A stretch of 26,387 bases of DNA, from positions 1 to 26,387 of the forward strand of contig NW_021834754.1 of assembly GCF_006345805.1 (NCBI RefSeq), written 5' to 3'. Positions 20,651 to 26,387 of the stretch are shown here, piece after piece. This DNA comes from Octopus sinensis (lineage: Eukaryota). The notes beneath the pieces were generated by a model that was given only the letters and a program-made list of their open reading frames with translations, did no database searches and had not been told where the DNA came from. Position 1 is the first letter of the stretch. The number at the start of each line of letters is the position of its first letter. The position numbers and the translations under genes are program-made.

Positions 20651-21060
20651 GGCGCAGGAGTGGCTGTGTGGTAAGAAGTTTGCTTACCAACCACATGGTT
20701 CCGGGTTCAGTCCCACTACGTGACACCTTGGGCAAGTGTCTTCTACTATACCCTCGGGCCGACCAAAGCCTTGTGAGTGGATCTGGTAGATGGAAACTGA
20801 AAGAATCCCATCATATATATATGTGGGAGGGGGGTATGTATGTATTTGTGTGTGTGTGTTTGTCCTCCCCACCACCACCATCGCTTGACAACCGGTATGT
20901 TTACGTCCACGTAATTAGCAGTTCGGCAAAAGAGACCGATAGAATAAGTACTAGGCTTACAAAGAATAAGACCTGGGTATCGATTACTTTGACTAAAAAA
21001 CTTTTAAGGCGGTGCCCCAGCATGGCTGCAATCAAATGATTGAAACAAGTAAAAGTATGA
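20651..21060 (+). mobile_element. SINE family A (full length)
   Basis: GGCGCAGGAGTGGCTGTGTGGTAAG...GGTTCAGTCCC...GAAACAAGTAAAAG; colinear with the reverse complement of 6866-7270. Confidence 0.9.
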
Positions 21061-21204
21061 AAAAATATGTGTGTGTGTGTGTGTGCGCGCGTGCCCGCGC
21101 GTGTTTGTGTGTGTGTGTGGGTGTGCGTGCCCGCGCGTGTTTGTGTGTGTGTCGGTAGGTGGGTGGGTAGGTAGGTAGGTTGGTAGGTATCTATATCCTG
21201 TCAA

Positions 21205-21311
21205 TATCTTATATAAATTCTGGGGATTGATTTTCTTGACTAAAAACCCTTTAAGGCGGTGCTCCAGCATGGCCGCAGTCAAATGACTGAAAGAAGTAAA
21301 GGAATAAAAGA
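21205..21311 (+). mobile_element. SINE family A, 3' fragment
   Basis: TGACTAAAAACCCTTTAAGGCGGTGCTCCAGCATGGCCGCAGTCAAATGACTGAA. Confidence 0.8.
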
Positions 21312-21394
21312 CTATATCTGCATGTTCTTTCTATGATATCACATACTCCGACGCACACACACACATCTATATATGCTTAACTATGTTAATATAT

Positions 21395-21650
21395 GAATAA
21401 ACGGAAGTGTATATTCGTATGTGAGCTACGAAACATGTTTAGCAAACAACTTCCACATGCAAGTGCTACCAGCCGAGAGCTCCGCATACCGGAAGTCAGC
21501 AAGTGTATGGTGTCGTCAGGAGAGAATGCCCGCCATTTCGGGTCCTGCCTCGCGACGGCATCAATGCATCCCTCCGCCCGCCACCTCACTGATATTAGGC
21601 CCCGCTGGCTAGATCGACTGGTTGTCAAGTAAAGCTCAAGATTCTAGTAG
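21395..21650. promoter_or_regulatory. CpG-rich island with promoter-type motifs (putative)
   Basis: 13 CpGs in about 150 nt (21471-21620); CCGGAAGT at 21489, ACGGAAGT at 21401, CGCCATTT at 21531, CCGCCC at 21574. No transcript evidence. Confidence 0.35.
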
Positions 21651-21942
21651 TAATCGCTCATCGTCTCTTTTTAACCACATCCAGTGGCTAGCCTTTTCCA
21701 CCGTAGTTTGGATATCGGTCATGGTGGCCGCAGTCAAACGACTAAAACAAATAAAAGGGTAAAAGAGTAAAATATACTCACAGCTGGATCACATTTATAT
21801 CGTAGTTATACTTTAATATGAATATGGAAAGCTCTATGGCTAACAGCTGTTACTAATGCGCAGAAACAATTGTTGAGATTTGTGATTAAATCTTGTTCAT
21901 TCCGTCTTCTTGGTTTAAAAATTTGGAGAGTTGTATGTGTGG

Positions 21943-22004
<62 letters not shown>

Positions 22005-22007
<3 letters not shown>

Positions 22008-22281
22008 ATGAGGGTTCTGCAAATTTTTGGCGAAAGACCTACACAAACGATTTGTTTGTACTGGTGAAATGTTCGTGGCGCACATTAGACTAATCCCTCC
22101 GTCAAATCGACGTTGTCTGAACAGGTTCACGGTGTGCTACGCGCTCAGGGGTCGAAGTGATCGTAGAGTGACATGAGATGGAGAGTCTTGCTCAAGAACA
22201 CGGCGCACCACTCAATTCGGGAACTGAAACCACGAACTTGCAATCGCGAGTGGAAGATCTTAACCATTAAGTTACGCACTT
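22005..22281 (-). mobile_element. tRNA-derived SINE, family D (diverged)
   Basis: Minus strand TAATGGTTAAG...CACTCGCGATTGCAAGTTCGTGG...GTGTTCTTGAGCAAGAC...ACAAATC...GAACCCTCAT; homologous to 25284-25547. Confidence 0.7.
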
Positions 22282-22630
22282 TTACACACATACACACGCA
22301 CACACGCGCACGCACGCACGCATGCAACACCTATAAACACACACATGCACATACCCATGTGCACATACACACACCTACACGAATACACATACAAACACCA
22401 ACGTGAGAAAGCAAGCCGATGCAGTATTGGTCATGAGTATACCCAAACTCCAGGTATATTATCTCCCTTAGGAAATGTCACCCCCCGATACCTTTATTAC
22501 CACAATCTCCACCAGCTTACCATGACACCGCCTAGTTGTCATACCAGTAGTACCAATACATCGTAACACCTACTTTCACCTACTTCAAGTAATAACAATA
22601 ATAAATAATAATAATAATAATAATAATAAT

Positions 22631-23040
22631 GACAAAGAATAGGAAGCCAAACATAGTCTTAATTCAGAAACAAAGCAAACTATGCTGGATCATAGATACA
22701 GCATGCCCAGCCGAAAATAAGTTATGCGATAAGGAAGAAAGAAAAGTCGATAGATATGACAGGTTAGCTTGGGAAGATAAGCAGTTGTGGTCGATGAAAA
22801 AGATGGTAGTTGTACCAATAATTGTCGGAACCCTGGAAACAGTGAACAAAAATCTCGAGAAGTACGTGGCACAAATAGGGGCTGCAATAAGGGTGGAGCA
22901 CCTGCAGAAAACAGCACTGCTTGGAACTGCTTCAATACTCCGGAAGGTGCTCGAAAAATAAGAGGTGTTACCTTAGTTTACTGGTATTGAACAGCTGACA
23001 CTGTAGCACGTCTCCAGCGTTAGAAGCTATTCAAAGGCAA
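22631..23040 (+). mobile_element. 3' fragment of an RLE-type non-LTR retrotransposon (R4/Dong-like)
   Basis: RKPNIVLIQKQSKLCWIIDTACP...KEERKVDRYDRLAWE...VVVPIIVGTL...LQKTALLGTASILRKVLEK* is a restriction-like endonuclease C-terminus, followed by a short 3' UTR. The listed ATG is an artefact of the upstream (AAT)n. Confidence 0.85.
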
Positions 23041-23048
23041 TAATAATA

Positions 23049-23135
<87 letters not shown>
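23039..23135. repeat. (TAA)n microsatellite
   Basis: About 32 units; further TAA tracts at 22590-22630 and 23350-23413. Confidence 0.97.
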
Positions 23136-23137
<2 letters not shown>

Positions 23138-23346
23138 CCTTTCTACTATAAGCATAGGGCTAGAAATTTTTGGGGAGGGGCTGAGTCGATTACATCAACC
23201 CCATCAACTGGTACTTTATTTATTGACTCAGAAAGAGTGAAAGGCAAAGTTGACCTCGGCAGAATTTGAACTCAGAACGTAACGGCAGACGATATACCGC
23301 TACGCATTTCGCCTGTCGTGCTAATGATTCTGCCAACTCGCCGCCT
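23136..23346 (-). mobile_element. SINE family B variant
   Basis: Minus strand GGCGGCGAGTTGGCAGAATCATTAGCACG...GTTCTGAGTTCAAATTCTGCCGAGGTCAACTTTGCCTTTCA; 3' end abuts (ATT)n. Confidence 0.85.
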
Positions 23347-23379
23347 TAAAAAAATAATAATAATAATAATAATAATTAA

Positions 23380-23413
<34 letters not shown>

Positions 23414-23415
<2 letters not shown>

Positions 23416-23592
23416 CCTTTTTACAATAGGCACAAGGCCTGAAATTTGTGGGGAGGTGTTAAGTCGATTACATCGACCCCAGTGCTTCACTGTACTTAAT
23501 TTATCGACCCCAAAAGGATGAAAGACAAAACCGAACTCGGCGGAATTTGAACTCAGAACGTATCGGCAGACGAAATACCGCTAAAGCATTCG
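23414..23592 (-). mobile_element. SINE family B variant, 5'-truncated
   Basis: Same body as 23136-23346 without the first ~30 nt of the head. Confidence 0.82.
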
Positions 23593-23594
23593 TT

Positions 23595-23915
23595 GAGGAA
23601 TTCTTTGGAGTTTGAATAATTGACCTCTGGAAACATAGATGTTACGTTCAACATCCTTAAACAACTCTTATTCAGGGACCTTTTGAGCGGGATGGGCTAC
23701 TCGACCTGAAGAAAAATTCTAACTGGGCCCCACCAGCAAGGTCAGCGTTGTTTACCTTGATATGAGATCACCATGTCGCGCACATATGGTTGTGATGCAC
23801 GCGCCTGGTGTACCCTTATCAGACGGGTAGTCATGACGGGTATACTGGGCTTCGTATATTTTACCCCAGTATTACTTTGATGGTATACGCTGCTCTCTCA
23901 CTCAATAATAATAAT
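23595..23915 (+). mobile_element. Probable 3' end of a non-LTR retroelement with an (AAT)n tail
   Basis: Non-repetitive GC-balanced segment ending CTCTCTCACTC-AATAATAATAAT. The family assignment rests on my recollection of an octopus repeat and is unverified. Confidence 0.4.
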
Positions 23916-24261
23916 AGTACCACAACTACTACCACCACCACCAACATCAACACTACTACTACTACTACAAAATATTCAGCTGATTATGTCATCAGCAGTG
24001 AGTACAAAAGACAGGTTGCGTATATATTTTTCGCTAGTGGGGGGGTATGCTTCCTGTTGATGCGTGTTTATTTAATGTTGCCTCTGTCATGTGGCGTTGT
24101 GTGTGATGTAATGTTGTGTGGTGCAGTCTAGTGTGGTACAGTATAAGGCTTATGTTTGTGTCTGGTAGTGAGGATGTGCTACACTGAAGCGTGTAGTATA
24201 TGATGTAGCGTAGTGTGCTGTGCTGTGCTGTAGCATGTGCTGTGGTATGACTTACACAGCT

Positions 24262-24500
24262 ATAGGGCGGCGAGCTGGCAGAATCGTTAGCACGCCAGGC
24301 GAAATGCGTAGGCGTATTTCATCTTCCGTTACGTTCTGAGTTCAAATTCCACCGAGGTCGACTTTGCCTTTCATCCTTTCGGGGGTCGATAAATTAAGTA
24401 CCAGTTACGCACTGGCGTCGATATAATCGGCTTAATCCGTTTGTCTGTCCTTGTTTGTCCTCTCTGTGTTTAGCCCCTTGTGGGTAGTAAAGAAATAAGG
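24262..24500 (+). mobile_element. SINE family B, full length, with a perfect 15-bp TSD
   Basis: Head GGCGGCGAGCTGGCAGAATCGTTAG, GAGTTCAAATTCC B box; TSD ATGACTTACACAGCT at 24247-24261 and 24501-24515. Confidence 0.95.
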
Positions 24501-24849
24501 ATGACTTACACAGCTCCCCTCTGTAGAATGTAGTGTTTGTTTATGATGTGGTAATGCAGTTTGTTTTACAATCATACAATTTCCTGCTCGACCCCATTCT
24601 TGAAAAAAAGCCCTTTACGTTAGCCTCAGACTGAGCCAAACTGTGTGAGCGCCGGAGGAGAGCATGTGAACCAGTTCTGACCAATGTTTTTCTATGGTTT
24701 AGTGTTAATAACTAAATACCACAGGGTACGGTGCATTGATTTTCCCGGCGGCCTACAATGCTGCTAATGCAGTTTTAACTGTATCAAAACCCGTAGAACG
24801 AATTGCAGGTCTAATTTTAAAGGACCAGGCTGGGTATAAACATAAAGGG

Positions 24850-25071
24850 CCTCTGGTATTTGAGTATTCTTTTTTCCACCTTGTTTCATATTTATGTGCT
24901 TACTCTGGTATATAGGCATTTTTTTCCAAATACGCCAGCTAAAACAAGACAAAAACAGAAGACAAGGTACAACTTAGTTTAGCTGGCGTATTTGGAAAAA
25001 AATGCCTATATACCAGAGTAAGCACATAAATATGAAACAAGGTGGAAAAAAGAGTACTCAAATACCAGAGG
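24850..25071. repeat. Long inverted repeat: 94-bp arms (1 mismatch), 34-nt spacer
   Basis: 24850-24943 is the reverse complement of 24978-25071 except at one position (GAGTATTC vs GAGTACTC). Confidence 0.95.
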
Positions 25072-25081
25072 TAGAGTAATA

Positions 25082-25247
25082 TGCTTTATTTAAAAGCAGC
25101 AGAAATATAACAAAAGCTGTTATTCAGAGTTTCACGTTCCCGCTATTGGATAGTTTGTATTTTTTATAACAAAACTATCCGGCGAACGGGAACGTGAAAC
25201 TCTGAGTAACATCTTTTGTTATATTTCTGCTGCTTTTAAATAAAGCA
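25082..25247. repeat. Long inverted repeat: 61-bp arms (2 mismatches) containing a hammerhead-like motif; probable Penelope-like pLTR relic
   Basis: 25082-25142 vs 25187-25247; inner GGATAGTTT/AAACTATCC extends the stem. The motif CCGGCGA-ACG-GGAA-CGT-GAAA-CTC-T-GAG-TA lies on the plus strand. Confidence 0.9.
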
Positions 25248-25283
25248 CATATATAATGTGTGTGTGTGTGTGTGTGTGTGTGT

Positions 25284-25547
25284 GTTGCACTCACGATTGC
25301 GAGATCGTAGGTTCGATTCCTAGACTGGGCGTTGCGTTCTGTTCTTGAGCAAAGGACATCATCATTTTTTCACCTGACATGTGGCACCCGTTGCACCTGT
25401 ACAGGTAATATTTATTCGATGGAGTGGGTGTGAACTTATGTCTACTCTAACATTTCGATCGCTATAAACAACAAATCATGTGTGTGGTTGTTCGGTAAGA
25501 AATTATCGAACCCTCATACGTCATCTAACAACGAGAGAGTCAATCAT
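25284..25547 (+). mobile_element. tRNA-derived SINE, family D (head partly lost to a TG tract)
   Basis: CACTCACGATTGCGAGATCGTAGGTTCGATTCC (canonical B box), GTTCTTGAGCAA, ...ACAAATC...GAACCCTCAT. Confidence 0.72.
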
Positions 25548-25739
25548 ATATATATATATATAAATAAGGATTTATATAAATGAACATTTAATGTGGTTTT
25601 AGAGTCAGATTTTGGCTGCTATTTCCAGCGTGGCGGTTTCTCGTAGATACCCTAAATTATAATTATATATATATCGTGTGGAGTTTAGAGCGATCTAAGC
25701 GAGCAAGACGCATTGTTTGGACACTATATATAACTGTAT

Positions 25740-25964
25740 GGGTCATGGCGGCGAGCTGGCAGAAACGTTAGCACGCCGGGCTAACTGCGAAGCCGTATTT
25801 CGTCTGTCGTTAAGTTCCGAGTTCAAATCCCGCCGAGGTCGACTTTGCCTTTCATCCTTTCGGGGTCGATAAATTAAGTACCAGTTACGCACTGGGGTCG
25901 ACGTAATCGACTTAATCCGTTTGTCTGTCCTGGTTTAGCCCCTTGTGGGTAGTAAAGAAATATA
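25740..25964 (+). mobile_element. SINE family B, full length, with a 15-bp TSD
   Basis: TSD TATATATAACTGTAT at 25725-25739 and 25965-25979; lacks about 18 nt (TGTTTGTCCTCTCTGT region) relative to the 24262 copy. Confidence 0.93.
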
Positions 25965-26350
25965 TATATATAACTGTATACATTCTTCACCAGGTCGTTT
26001 AATGTAGTGGTTGATAGCAAGGTACGTACAAACCTTTTGCTGCGGAAATCAGTTATATATTCCTTTCTCTCTGTCGTTGAGGAACGTCATGTTTGAATCC
26101 ATTTCGTGTTGAGAAATGTCAAGTTTATTGTGACAACATGACTTTCAGATAATACGAATTCTATTTTTTATCTTCTTTCTTTTTTTTTTTTTTGGTAGAT
26201 ATTTTTTTTTTTTTTTGTAGATATTTAACTGGAAAAAAAACCCATGAAATTTAATTTCGCAGTTAAAAGGTTAATGTACGGTATATACCGATGTCAGAGC
26301 GATATAGGAAAGGGCAACAAGGTATTTATACACTGTATGTGTATCTACAG

Positions 26351-26387
26351 CAGTGGGGTGGGAAACTTTTTAGTGCGACGGGCAAAA
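26351..26387 (+). mobile_element. Possible start of a hAT-type element cut by the window edge
   Basis: CAGTGGGGTGGGAAACTTTTT resembles CAGGGGTGGGCAAACTTTTT-type hAT TIRs; only 37 nt are visible. Confidence 0.3.

Noticed and set aside
26195-26325. Poly-T/AG acceptor followed by a CAAG|GTATTT donor-like site
   Set aside because: All three frames contain stops within the candidate exon, and the duplicated T-run/GTAGATATT looks like slippage.

Overview
AT-rich animal genomic DNA saturated with microsatellites and transposon relics. I found no recognisable host protein-coding exon, rRNA, intact tRNA or CRISPR array. The SINE families resemble those I recall from Octopus (cephalopod) genomes; this is an inference from memory, not a database result. 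Most ORFs in the supplied track are translations of (TA)n/(TG)n/(CA)n/(TAA)n tracts. The real coding relics are all transposon-derived: a full-length DD37E (TRT-like) Tc1 element with ~200-bp TIRs, a full-length DD34D mariner, a mariner-derived MITE, a DD37D (maT-like) element, a mariner 5' fragment, a rearranged L1/Tx1-like LINE whose putative 5' UTR contains three ~146-bp tandem monomers, and an R4/Dong-like restriction-like-endonuclease fragment embedded in (TAA)n. There are also about 13 tRNA-derived SINE copies or fragments from about four families. The most interesting unexplained structures are: (i) up to four degenerate hammerhead-ribozyme-like motifs in unrelated repeat relics (6043-6090, 18077-18145, 18341-18385, 25166-25222); (ii) two adjacent near-perfect long inverted repeats (24850-25247), one carrying the best hammerhead-like fold; (iii) a three-arm fold-back locus between direct repeats (11369-12780); (iv) a CpG-rich island with ETS/YY1/GC-box motifs (21395-21650). 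All ribozyme candidates have core substitutions and are probably inactive in these copies.
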